Source of the DNA: Dehalococcoidia bacterium
GTDB lineage: Bacteria > Chloroflexota > Dehalococcoidia > UBA2979
Direction: 5' to 3'
Length of the DNA: 64,000 nt
Assembly: GCA_965219085.1 (NCBI GenBank)
Contig: OZ244720.1
Coordinates: 1,536,001 to 1,600,000, forward strand
Part shown: positions 46,498 to 55,482 of the stretch, one piece after another
Numbering within the stretch: position 1 is the first letter of the stretch
Layout of the letters: each line of letters begins with the position of its first letter
The notes under the pieces: generated by a model
What the model was told of the DNA's origin: nothing
Seen by the model: the letters and a program-made list of their open reading frames with translations, nothing else
Database searches by the model: none
Position numbers and translations under genes: made by a program

Positions 46498-47211
46498 GTG
46501 ATCGACCGCTTACCGCTCCCTGCCGCACTCGACGCCCTGGTGCGTCGTGTCTTCTACCCGGAAGGGTCATTCCGGGTGCCGCTGCCCCCCCAGCTCGACC
46601 GCGTGATCATCTTCGGCGGGCTCCTCGCCGGGGCAGTGCTGACGCCGATCCTGCTCGTGCTGATCGTGCTGCTGGCCTTCAACGTCCTGACGGCGCCCGA
46701 GCTGGTCTTCTGGCTCGCCTCCGCCATCATCGTCGGCGGCGCACTCGGAGCGGTGCTGCTCAGGAACATCGTCCACGCCACGTTGTGCCTGGTCGTGACC
46801 TTGCTCGGCGTGGCGGCGATCTTCCTGCTGCTGGGCTCCGAGTTCCTCGCACTCGTGCAAGTCCTTGTCTATGGCGGCGGCGTCACCGTGCTGCTGCTGT
46901 TCGGTCTCATGCTCACCAACGCGACCGATGACCCCATCGTCTCCGACGGGGCGCAGAAGCCGTTCGCGTTCATCGTGGGCATCGCGCTCGCGGGCCTCCT
47001 CGCCGTGGCGCTGGTCGACCAGGTCTGGGGGGCGCCGACGGCGTCGACCGTCCCGTTCCGGGAGCTCGGCGTGCGGCTCTTCCGCGACTTCGGTGCGCCG
47101 TTCGAGATCGCCTCGCTCGTGCTCATCATCGCGCTCATCGGCGCCATCGCGATCGCGCGGCGCGACCTGCCCGAGGACACTGAGGACACGGCGACGGGAG
47201 ACGGCGCCTGA
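46498..47211 (+). CDS. nuoJ: NADH-quinone oxidoreductase subunit J
   Basis: EFLALVQVLVYGGG, PFEIASLVL. Confidence 0.93.
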   Translation: MIDRLPLPAALDALVRRVFYPEGSFRVPLPPQLDRVIIFGGLLAGAVLTPILLVLIVLLAFNVLTAPELVFWLASAIIVGGALGAVLLRNIVHATLCLVVTLLGVAAIFLLLGSEFLALVQVLVYGGGVTVLLLFGLMLTNATDDPIVSDGAQKPFAFIVGIALAGLLAVALVDQVWGAPTASTVPFRELGVRLFRDFGAPFEIASLVLIIALIGAIAIARRDLPEDTEDTATGDGA

Positions 47212-47528
47212 TGGCCGGCGACATCCCGATGGAGAACTTCCTGATCCTCTCGGCCGTCCTGTTCGGGATCGGCTTCTATGGGGTGCTGGCGCGGCGCAGC
47301 GCGATCCTCATCCTTGTCTCGGTCGAACTCATGCTCGCCGCGGTCACGATCAACATGGTCGCGTTCGCGACCTACCTCGACCCGGACCGGTTCACCGGCA
47401 TCATCTTCGCGATCTTCGTCATCACCGTCGCCGCGGCCGAGGTCGGCCTCGCGCTCGGCATCGTGTTGCGGCTGTTCCGCGAACGGCAGACGGCGATGGT
47501 CGACGAAGCGAGCGATCTCAAGTGGTAG
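47211..47528 (+). CDS. nuoK: NADH-quinone oxidoreductase subunit K
   Basis: VELML, AAAEVGLAL. Confidence 0.95.
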   Translation: MAGDIPMENFLILSAVLFGIGFYGVLARRSAILILVSVELMLAAVTINMVAFATYLDPDRFTGIIFAIFVITVAAAEVGLALGIVLRLFRERQTAMVDEASDLKW

Positions 47529-47596
47529 GCGCGCGCGCCATGCAGTCATTCCAGATCGCGGCTGCCGCCGCGCGGCAGGCCGGGGAGTAGCGCGGT

Positions 47597-49522
47597 ATGG
47601 GTATGGAGCAGGTCTGGCTGCTGCCGGCGATCCCCGCGGTGCTGTTCGCACTGATGGCGCTCTTCAGCCGCGTCGTCCCGCGGCGCGGCGACTTCATCGT
47701 GATCCTCGGGATGGCGGCGGTCGTCGTGCTCTCGCTGCTCGTCCTGCTGGACTTCCAGGGCAGCTTCAAGGACGGGCACTTCGCGCCCGGCGACAGCAAC
47801 GTGTACGCGTTCGTGTGGGCCGAGATCAGCACCGGCGTCGTCGACAACCTGCTGCTGATCGAGTTCAGCACGTACGTCGACGGCATCACCGTGCTCATGC
47901 TGGCCGTGGTCAGCATCGTAACGCTGATGGTGATGATCTACTCGGTCGGCTACATGCAGGGCGAGGCGCGCTACGGGTGGTACTTCGCGGCGCTGTCCGG
48001 CTTCGGCGCGGCGATGCTCTTGCTCGTCGTCTCCGGCAACCTGCTGCTGCTCTACCTCTCGTGGGAGGCGGTCGGCCTCGCCTCGTACCTGCTGATCGGC
48101 TTCTACTGGGAGCGCCAGACGGCCGCCGAGGCGGCGAAGAAGGCGTTCATCACCACGCGCATCGGCGATGTGGGCCTGCTGATCGGGATCATCCTGCTGT
48201 GGCGCGGGGCCGGCTCGTTCGACATCCAGGAGATCATCCACTTCGCCGAGGCGGGCGGGTACAGCGACGTCTACCTGACCGTCTCGATGCTTATGGTCTT
48301 CGCCGGCGCCGCCGGCAAGTCCGCGCAGTTCCCGTTCCACGTCTGGCTGCCCGACGCGATGGAGGGCCCCACGCCCGTCAGCGCGCTCATCCACGCCGCG
48401 ACCATGGTCGTCGCCGGCGTCTACCTCGTCGCGCGCATGATGCCGGTGTTCGACGTGGCGCTCGTGGCGCGCGACGTGGTGCTGTACATCGGCCTCACGA
48501 CCGCCGTGCTCGGAGCCACGCTCGGCCTCGTGACGAGCGACATCAAGCGCGTGCTCGCGTATTCGACGGTGTCGCAACTCGGGTTCATGTTTGTCGCGCT
48601 CGGCGTCGGGTCGGTGACGGCGGCGATGTTCCACCTGTTCACGCACGCCTTCTTCAAGTCGCTACTGTTCCTCGGCGCCGGTTCGGTCATCCACGCGACC
48701 GAGCAGCAGGTCGTCGAGTCGCTGGGCGGGCTGTGGCGCAAGATGCCGGCCACGACGCTGCTGTTCGCGCTCGGCTCGCTCGCGTTGGCGGGGATCATTC
48801 CGCTCGCCGGGTTCTGGTCGAAGGACGAGATCCTGCTCGTGCTGCGCGACGGCGCCGCGTTCGGGCCGTTCGTGCTCCTCGCCGCGACCGCGGCGCTGAC
48901 CGCGATCTACACCACGCGCCTGGTGCTGCTGACCTTCTTCGGCGCGCCCAAGGACCAGCAAGCCTACGACCACGCGCACGAGTCGCCGCCCGTCATGGTG
49001 CTGCCGATGGTGCTGCTATGCCTGCTCGCGGTCATCGCCGGCTTTATCGCCCTCGACCCCGTCGGCAGGGTGCTCGGCTTCACGGGTGGCATCGGCGAGG
49101 TCGTGTTCACGCAGGGCCACGAGGGGCACGCGTTCGCGCTCGACGCGACGATCGCGCTGGGCGCGACGCTGTCGGCCCTCGCCGGCATCGCCATCGGGTT
49201 CATGTACTGGTCGGGCGCAGCCGAGCGCGCCGTCCGCGCACGGCAGTGGGCGCCGGAGTTCCACGACCTGCTGGTCAACCGCTACTACATCGACCACCTC
49301 TACCAGTTCGCCATCGACAAGGTGGTGTTCGGGCTGGCCACGGTCGTGGCGTACTTCGACCGCTGGGTGGTGAACGAGACGGGTGTCGACGGGAGCGCGC
49401 AGGGCATCAGCTTCGCGGGCTACCGGCTCAAGTTCTTGCAGACCGGCCGCATTCCGAACTACGCGCTGGCGATGGCCATTGGTGTCGTCGTCCTGGCGCT
49501 CGTCGCGGTCGGCCGGACGTAA
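47597..49522 (+). CDS. nuoL: NADH-quinone oxidoreductase subunit L
   Basis: GKSAQFPFHVWLPDAMEGPTPVSALIHAATMV. Confidence 0.97.
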   Translation: MGMEQVWLLPAIPAVLFALMALFSRVVPRRGDFIVILGMAAVVVLSLLVLLDFQGSFKDGHFAPGDSNVYAFVWAEISTGVVDNLLLIEFSTYVDGITVLMLAVVSIVTLMVMIYSVGYMQGEARYGWYFAALSGFGAAMLLLVVSGNLLLLYLSWEAVGLASYLLIGFYWERQTAAEAAKKAFITTRIGDVGLLIGIILLWRGAGSFDIQEIIHFAEAGGYSDVYLTVSMLMVFAGAAGKSAQFPFHVWLPDAMEGPTPVSALIHAATMVVAGVYLVARMMPVFDVALVARDVVLYIGLTTAVLGATLGLVTSDIKRVLAYSTVSQLGFMFVALGVGSVTAAMFHLFTHAFFKSLLFLGAGSVIHATEQQVVESLGGLWRKMPATTLLFALGSLALAGIIPLAGFWSKDEILLVLRDGAAFGPFVLLAATAALTAIYTTRLVLLTFFGAPKDQQAYDHAHESPPVMVLPMVLLCLLAVIAGFIALDPVGRVLGFTGGIGEVVFTQGHEGHAFALDATIALGATLSALAGIAIGFMYWSGAAERAVRARQWAPEFHDLLVNRYYIDHLYQFAIDKVVFGLATVVAYFDRWVVNETGVDGSAQGISFAGYRLKFLQTGRIPNYALAMAIGVVVLALVAVGRT

Positions 49523-49550
49523 GGCAGAGGGTCGAGGGTCTCGAGGAACG

Positions 49551-51041
49551 ATGACGGCGAACGAAGGCTACCTGCTCCTCTCGCTCCCGCTGATCCCAAT
49601 GGGCACAGCGGTGCTGCTCATGTTCGTCCCCTCGGGCGAGCGGACGCTGATCCGCATCGTCACGGGCGCGGCATCGGTCGCGATGTTCGCGATCTCCGTC
49701 TACGTGTTCTTCGCGTTCGACTACCGCGGCGAGCAGTTCCAGGGCGTACTCGCGTGGCCGTGGTTCGAGAACGTCGGGTTCCTCGGCGATAACGGGGTGC
49801 AGCTCAAGGTTGGCGTCGACGGCATCGCCGCGCCGATGGTGCTGCTGACCGGGATCGTGATCCTGACCGGGACGTGGGTGTCCTGGAAGCAGGAGCACCG
49901 CACGAAGGACTTCTTCATCCTGCTATTCGTGCTCGTCGCCGGGGTCTACGGCACGTTCGTCGCGCTCGACCTGTTCTTCTGGTTCCTGCTCTACGAGACC
50001 GCGGTGCTGCCGATGTACCTGCTCATCGGGGTGTGGGGCTCGGGCCGGCGCGAGTACGGCGCGATGAAGCTGATGATGATGCTCGTCGCGGCCTCGATCC
50101 TGATCTTCACCGCCATCTTCGGCATCTTCACCGAGGCCGGCCTCGGCACGTTCGACCTGCCGGCGCTGTTCGACGCCACCTATGACCCGACGTTCCAGAA
50201 GATCATGTTCCCGCTGGTCGTGCTCGGCTGCGGCACGCTGGGCGGCATCTTCCCGCTCCACCCGTGGTCGCCGGACGGCCACGCCGCCGCGCCCACGGCC
50301 GTGTCGATGCTGCACGCGGGCGTGCTGATGAAGCTGGGCGCGTTCGGCATCATCCGCCTGGGCTTCCAGATCCTGCCGGAGGGCGGCGAGTTCTGGGCGC
50401 CGGCGCTGCTCACGCTTGGTATCGTCGGCGCGCTCTACGGCGCGATCGGCGCGATGCGCCAGACCGACTTCAAGCTGATGACCGGTTTCTCCTCGATCTC
50501 GCACATGGGCTACGTGTTCCTGGGGCTCGGCACGCTCAACCTCATCGGCATGAGCGGCGCGGTGCTGCAGATGTTCGCGCACGGCGTGATGACGGCGCTG
50601 TTCTTCCTCCTCATCGGCGCGCTCTACGACCAGTCGCACGACCGCGAGATCACGCACTTCTCGGGCATGGCGAAGCAGATGCCGGTGTGGGCCGTGTTCT
50701 TCGTCATCGCCGGCCTCGCGTCGTTCGGCCTGCCCGGGCTGTCCGGGTTCATCGCCGAGGTGCATATCTTCATCGGCGCGTTCCGGGCCTACCCCATCGT
50801 CGGCGGGCTGGCGGTGTTCACCGCCGCCATCACCGCGACGTACCTGCTGCGCATGTTCGCGCGCACCTTCTTCGGCGAGGTCGACCCGCGCTGGAGCAGC
50901 ATCGGCGAGATCACCTGGGCCGAACGGGCCGGGGCGACCGTGCTCTCGATCTCGATCTTCGCGCTCGGCCTCTGGCCCGCGCCGTGGATCGACCGCATCG
51001 CGATGGGCCTTGAGATGGGCATTCCCGAGGTGCTGTCGTGA
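49551..51041 (+). CDS. nuoM: NADH-quinone oxidoreductase subunit M
   Basis: GVDGI, FPLHPWSPDGHAAAPT, SSISHMG, LPGLSGFIAE. Confidence 0.96.
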   Translation: MTANEGYLLLSLPLIPMGTAVLLMFVPSGERTLIRIVTGAASVAMFAISVYVFFAFDYRGEQFQGVLAWPWFENVGFLGDNGVQLKVGVDGIAAPMVLLTGIVILTGTWVSWKQEHRTKDFFILLFVLVAGVYGTFVALDLFFWFLLYETAVLPMYLLIGVWGSGRREYGAMKLMMMLVAASILIFTAIFGIFTEAGLGTFDLPALFDATYDPTFQKIMFPLVVLGCGTLGGIFPLHPWSPDGHAAAPTAVSMLHAGVLMKLGAFGIIRLGFQILPEGGEFWAPALLTLGIVGALYGAIGAMRQTDFKLMTGFSSISHMGYVFLGLGTLNLIGMSGAVLQMFAHGVMTALFFLLIGALYDQSHDREITHFSGMAKQMPVWAVFFVIAGLASFGLPGLSGFIAEVHIFIGAFRAYPIVGGLAVFTAAITATYLLRMFARTFFGEVDPRWSSIGEITWAERAGATVLSISIFALGLWPAPWIDRIAMGLEMGIPEVLS

Positions 51042-52489
51042 GCGGCCTGAACTTCGAGTACGGACTGCTGCTCCCGGAGTTCATCCTCGTGGGCGCGGCC
51101 GCCGCCGTGCTGATGCTCGACGCGTTCCGCAGCGACCTGCGGATCTCCCGCAACCTGCTGCCCGCCGTCACCGTCCTCGGCGCGCTCGTCGCCGGTGTCG
51201 CCAGCCTGCTCTTCCTCGACCGCGCCCCGACCGACTTCGCGCAACTCATCGCCGTCGATGACTACACGACGTTCTTCCGCATCCTCTTCATCGCGACGCT
51301 GATCGCGATCGTGCTCGGCTCCTACGAGTTCGTGGACCGCCACATCACGCACCAGGGCGAGTTCTACGCCCTGCTGCTCGTCTCGACGATCGGCGCGATC
51401 TACATGGCCGCCGCGCGCGAGCTGCTCACCGCCTACATCTCCATCGAGCTGCTCTCGTTCTCGCTGTACGTCGGCGTCTCGCTCGCCAAGAGCGACACGC
51501 GGTCGGGCGAGGCGGGGCTGAAGTACGTGCTGCTCGGCGGCGTCGCCTCGGCGATGCTGCTCTACGGCCTGAGCCTCATCTACGGCACCACCGGCACGAC
51601 GACCTACGACGGCATCGCCGCGGCGCTCGAGGGCGGCGTGGTCGGCACACCGGCGTTCCTGCTCGGCCTCGCCTTCCTCGTTGGCGGGCTCGGCTTCAAG
51701 GCCTCGGCGGTACCCTTCCACATGTGGACGCCCGACGCCTACGAGGGCGCCCCGCTGCCCATCACCGCCTACATCGCGGCGACCTCGAAGGCGGCGGCGT
51801 TCGCGCTCATGCTCGCGCTGTTCGGCACCGCGCTCGAACCGGCGAAGGCGGACTGGCAGTGGATGCTGGCCTCGCTGGCGGTCGCGACGATGGTCGTGGG
51901 GAACCTGATCGCCATCCAGCAGTCGAACATCAAGCGGCTGCTCGCCTACTCCTCGATCGGCCAGGTCGGCTTCATGCTGATGGCGATCACGACGGTGTCG
52001 GACGCTTCGGGGACCGCGCTGCTGCTGCACCTCGCCGGCTACCTGATCACGAACCTCGCCGTGTTCATCGCGGTGATCGCGTTCTACAACCGCGTGGGGT
52101 CCGAGGAGATCGAGGACTTCCGCGGCCTGGCGGAGACCCAGCCGTACCTCGCGCTCGTGATCACGGCGGGGCTGTTCTCGCTCGGCGGGATGCCGCTGCT
52201 GGCGGGCTTCGTGACGAAGTTCGTGCTGTTCCAGGCGGCCGCCGAGGAGGGCTTCCTCTGGCTCGCGACCGTCGCGGTCATCATGAGCACCGTCTCGCTG
52301 TACTACTACCTGAAGGTCATCCGCCAGATGTACGTGGCGGAGCCCGCCGATGGCGACACGCGCTGGCGGCTCTCACCCGTCGCCTACCTCACGACGGGCG
52401 TGCTGTTCCTCGGCATCTTCCTCGTCGGCCTCTGGGCGACGCCGATCTTCAAGGCCGCCGACGGCGCCTCGGCGATGCTCTTCGGGTAG
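51038..52489 (+). CDS. nuoN: NADH-quinone oxidoreductase subunit N
   Basis: FKASAVPFHMWTPDAYEGAP, KRLLAYSSI, YYYLKV. Confidence 0.96.
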   Translation: MSGLNFEYGLLLPEFILVGAAAAVLMLDAFRSDLRISRNLLPAVTVLGALVAGVASLLFLDRAPTDFAQLIAVDDYTTFFRILFIATLIAIVLGSYEFVDRHITHQGEFYALLLVSTIGAIYMAAARELLTAYISIELLSFSLYVGVSLAKSDTRSGEAGLKYVLLGGVASAMLLYGLSLIYGTTGTTTYDGIAAALEGGVVGTPAFLLGLAFLVGGLGFKASAVPFHMWTPDAYEGAPLPITAYIAATSKAAAFALMLALFGTALEPAKADWQWMLASLAVATMVVGNLIAIQQSNIKRLLAYSSIGQVGFMLMAITTVSDASGTALLLHLAGYLITNLAVFIAVIAFYNRVGSEEIEDFRGLAETQPYLALVITAGLFSLGGMPLLAGFVTKFVLFQAAAEEGFLWLATVAVIMSTVSLYYYLKVIRQMYVAEPADGDTRWRLSPVAYLTTGVLFLGIFLVGLWATPIFKAADGASAMLFG

Positions 52490-52568
52490 GCACGAGGCCG
52501 GGCCGCGACGGCACACGGCCGCTCTCAGCACACACACGGCGAACACGAACCGAAGGAGCGCTGCGCCC

Positions 52569-53756
52569 ATGGCCTGGACACGCAACCGCCCGAGCGGGCT
52601 CGTCTACCGCGACCCCGGGCAGTCCCACGACGGCTACACGCTGTTCTCGAACGTCGAGGGCTACCACGCCACGCTGCTCGACCCGGAGGGCCGCATCGCG
52701 CATCGCTGGGTGCACGACGAGGGCGTGCAGTACGCAAAGCTGCTCCCCAGCGGGCACGTGCTGTTCCACACGGCCAACCCGGTCCACTTCATGGAGGCGG
52801 AGGAGACGAGCCCGGTCGGCGTCATCGGCGGCGCGGCACACGCGCTCATCGAGCTCGACTGGGACGGAAACACGGTCTGGGAGTACCGCAACGAGCAGCA
52901 GCACCACGACTTCGTGCGGCTCGACAACGGCAACACCGTGATCCTGCACTGGGAGGTGCTGCCCGACGAGGTGCGTCGCCAGGTGCAGGGCGGCTTCCAC
53001 GGCCCCAACGACCCCGACGTGATGGTCGGCGACCTCGTGCGCGAGATCACGCCGGATGGCGAGACGGTCCGGGAGTGGCGCTCCTGGGAGCACTTCAACT
53101 ACCGGCTCGACGTGCTCTGCCCGCTCGAGCGGCGCCGGGAGTGGACGCACGCCAACTCGGTCTCCGTCGCCCCCGACGGCCGCTGGCTGGTCAGCCTGCG
53201 CCAGACGGACACGGTCGTGATCGTCGATCCGGATAGCGGAGAGATCGAGTGGAGGTGGGGACCAGGCGTGACCTCGCACCAGCACCACTTCACGATGCTG
53301 CCGAGCGGCAACGTGTTGCTGTTCGACAACGGCATCCACCGCCGAGGCGGCCCCGGCCACTCGCGCATCCTCGAGGTGGACCCGGCCACGGAGGAGATCG
53401 TCTGGCAGTACCAGGCGGAGGTGATGCTGGCCTTCATCAGCTTCATGACGAGCGGCGCGGAGCGGCAGCCGAATGGCAACACGCTCATCACGGAGGGCGC
53501 CACCGGCCGCATCTTCGAGGTGACGACCGAGGGCGAGACCGTGTGGGAGTACGTGACCGGCTTCATGCCGGCGGGCCGTTTCGGCAAGACCCCCTCGATG
53601 TTCCGCGCGCACCGCTACGCCGCGGACGGCCCCGAGCTGGCCGGTCGGGACCTGGATCCGGCGCGGTGGGTGGAGGAGACGAAGAAGCTGAACAGCGGCG
53701 AGGAGCCGTACGGAGTGCAGAGCGCCTGGGAGCGGGACACGTCGGTCGCATCCTAG
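52569..53756 (+). CDS. Aryl-sulfate sulfotransferase-like beta-propeller protein
   Basis: QHHDF, WTHANSV, HQHH, LLFDNG, PNGNTLI; no signal peptide. Confidence 0.82.
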   Translation: MAWTRNRPSGLVYRDPGQSHDGYTLFSNVEGYHATLLDPEGRIAHRWVHDEGVQYAKLLPSGHVLFHTANPVHFMEAEETSPVGVIGGAAHALIELDWDGNTVWEYRNEQQHHDFVRLDNGNTVILHWEVLPDEVRRQVQGGFHGPNDPDVMVGDLVREITPDGETVREWRSWEHFNYRLDVLCPLERRREWTHANSVSVAPDGRWLVSLRQTDTVVIVDPDSGEIEWRWGPGVTSHQHHFTMLPSGNVLLFDNGIHRRGGPGHSRILEVDPATEEIVWQYQAEVMLAFISFMTSGAERQPNGNTLITEGATGRIFEVTTEGETVWEYVTGFMPAGRFGKTPSMFRAHRYAADGPELAGRDLDPARWVEETKKLNSGEEPYGVQSAWERDTSVAS

Positions 53757-53802
53757 AGCCGGGGCATCAGAGGGGCGGCGACGCTCTGCGCGCGGAGAGC
53801 AG

Positions 53803-53973
53803 CTACGTCCAGAGCCGCATAGCGGCGAGGATGATGCCGGTCGCGGTCGCGAGCCCGACGGTCATCGCGACGTAGAGGCGCACCGCGAGCCGTTCGAGAT
53901 CAGCCTTGGTGGCCAGATGCTCGATGATGCCCTCGATGCGGGCGACGCGTTCGCCGAGCGTGTCCGTCGTCAT
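53803..53973 (-). CDS. Small coiled-coil plus TM protein (DUF1640-like)
   Basis: MTTDTLGERVARIEGIIEHLATKADLERLAVRLYVAMTVGLATATGIILAAMRLWT*; absent from the ORF track. Confidence 0.7.
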   Translation of the reverse strand: MTTDTLGERVARIEGIIEHLATKADLERLAVRLYVAMTVGLATATGIILAAMRLWT

Positions 53974-54093
53974 GGCATCCCCGGTATCCCGGCGGTGGGG
54001 GTCCAGCCTAACACCGCGACTGACAAGTGTGCGTCAGTCGGGAGCATTATCCGGAATTCAATATCAGGCGCCTGCGTGGTGACTCGCGCCCGC

Positions 54094-54218
54094 CTACAAC
54101 ACGCCGAGGTAGCGCTCCAGCTCGAACTCCGAGACGTGGGTGCGGTACTCGTCCCACTCGTGGCGCTTGTTCGCCACCAGTGACTCACACACGTGCTCGC
54201 CGAGGGCGTCACGCAGCA
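54094..54218 (-). repeat. Orphan second copy of the glnA 3' end (about 41 codons including stop)
   Basis: Aligns without gaps to 55483-55607; differences are almost all synonymous. Confidence 0.93.
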
Positions 54219-54286
54219 ACCCAGCAGGGGGTAAGTGTGGATAACTCTTACCCGTCTCCCGGATTACGCTGCTAAACTGTACCTTC

Positions 54287-55360
54287 GTGACAGTTCAACG
54301 TGGCCAAGGCGACCCGGACGGTCGTCGCATTGCGCGGCGCAAGAACCTCCAACTCTCTGAGGCGGGACGTTTGGGCCGTGCGTTCGCCGCACTGCTCCGG
54401 CGGGCAGATTTTCAAGCGCCAGATCTCGATGACTTGCTCAAGGCCATTGCGTTAGAGGAGAGGCGCGAGTTGATGCGCCGTGAAGGGCGGGTCGAGTCGC
54501 GGCAGCGCTTCAAGTACAAGAGCGGACAGCCGCTGGGCGAATCACGAACGCCTGACTACCTGTTCCTTGATGAATCTGGCCGATCGGATCCGCGGTTCCC
54601 AAGTGCCTACTTCGTCATCGGCGGTGTCGCAATGGCGGAGCAGGACATATCTGCGTACCAAGAGCATGCCGACGCACTCAAGATGGATTTCTTCGGTCAG
54701 TCGGATATGACGTTCCACGAGCCACAGATGCGGAACCACGAAGGCTGGTTCGGGCTGGGTGGTCGCGAAGAGCGCCAGCGTGAGCTATGCGAGGCTCTGG
54801 ACGAACTCGTCGCCAAGAGTTCGTGCACAGTGTTCGGTGTGGCTGTTCGCAAGGACGTCTTCAGAGAGTTCATCGGCTCACGGGAAGACCCTTACTTACC
54901 CCCGGACCCGTACTCGGTAGCCATACAGATGCTCCTCGAGCGCTACGTCGACTACCTAGCCGCGCGTGGAGACGACCCGTTCGGACGGGTGACCTTCGAG
55001 AGCATTGGCCCCCGGGAGGACGCGGAGCACCATCGCGACTATGTTGATCTCCTGTTGCAAGGCACGCAGTGGGTTCCTGAGTCGGCTTTCAGGAACTGGC
55101 TGGGTACGGGCTGCGTCTTCATGGGGAAGAAGAGCAACCACCCCATGGAACTGGCCGACATGTTCTCGCGAGACCTCTTCGAGTGGGTGCGTGGCGGCTG
55201 CGGCGAGATTCTACCTCGACGTTGGGATACTTGGGAGCCGAAGATATACGCACGTGATGATGCCCAAATGGGGAAGTTCGGTATCAAGGTGTTCCCGGAT
55301 AGCGACATCCGCGACCGCATCGAAGATCATCGCAGACGGGTGCTTGAGGGGGGAAACTAG
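54287..55360 (+). CDS. DUF3800 domain protein
   Basis: LFLDESG...YFVIGGV...FH...MELADM; lower GC; TAAACT -10 just upstream of GTG. Confidence 0.85.
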   Translation: MTVQRGQGDPDGRRIARRKNLQLSEAGRLGRAFAALLRRADFQAPDLDDLLKAIALEERRELMRREGRVESRQRFKYKSGQPLGESRTPDYLFLDESGRSDPRFPSAYFVIGGVAMAEQDISAYQEHADALKMDFFGQSDMTFHEPQMRNHEGWFGLGGREERQRELCEALDELVAKSSCTVFGVAVRKDVFREFIGSREDPYLPPDPYSVAIQMLLERYVDYLAARGDDPFGRVTFESIGPREDAEHHRDYVDLLLQGTQWVPESAFRNWLGTGCVFMGKKSNHPMELADMFSRDLFEWVRGGCGEILPRRWDTWEPKIYARDDAQMGKFGIKVFPDSDIRDRIEDHRRRVLEGGN

Positions 55361-55414
55361 AAGCGCCGAGCCCCAAGGGGGCGCGGCGCCGATAACGGAA
55401 TTCCGCTATCCACT
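55361..55414 (+). ncRNA. DUF3800-associated structured RNA candidate
   Basis: GCGCCGAGCCCC-AAG-GGGGCGCGGCGC then GATAACGG-AATT-CCGCTATC-CACT immediately after the stop codon. Confidence 0.55.
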
Positions 55415-55482
55415 GCGAACAATGTATCGCATTTTGTGATCACTCTCAACGGTGACATGCCCATTCGCGGTCTTCCGGCGCG

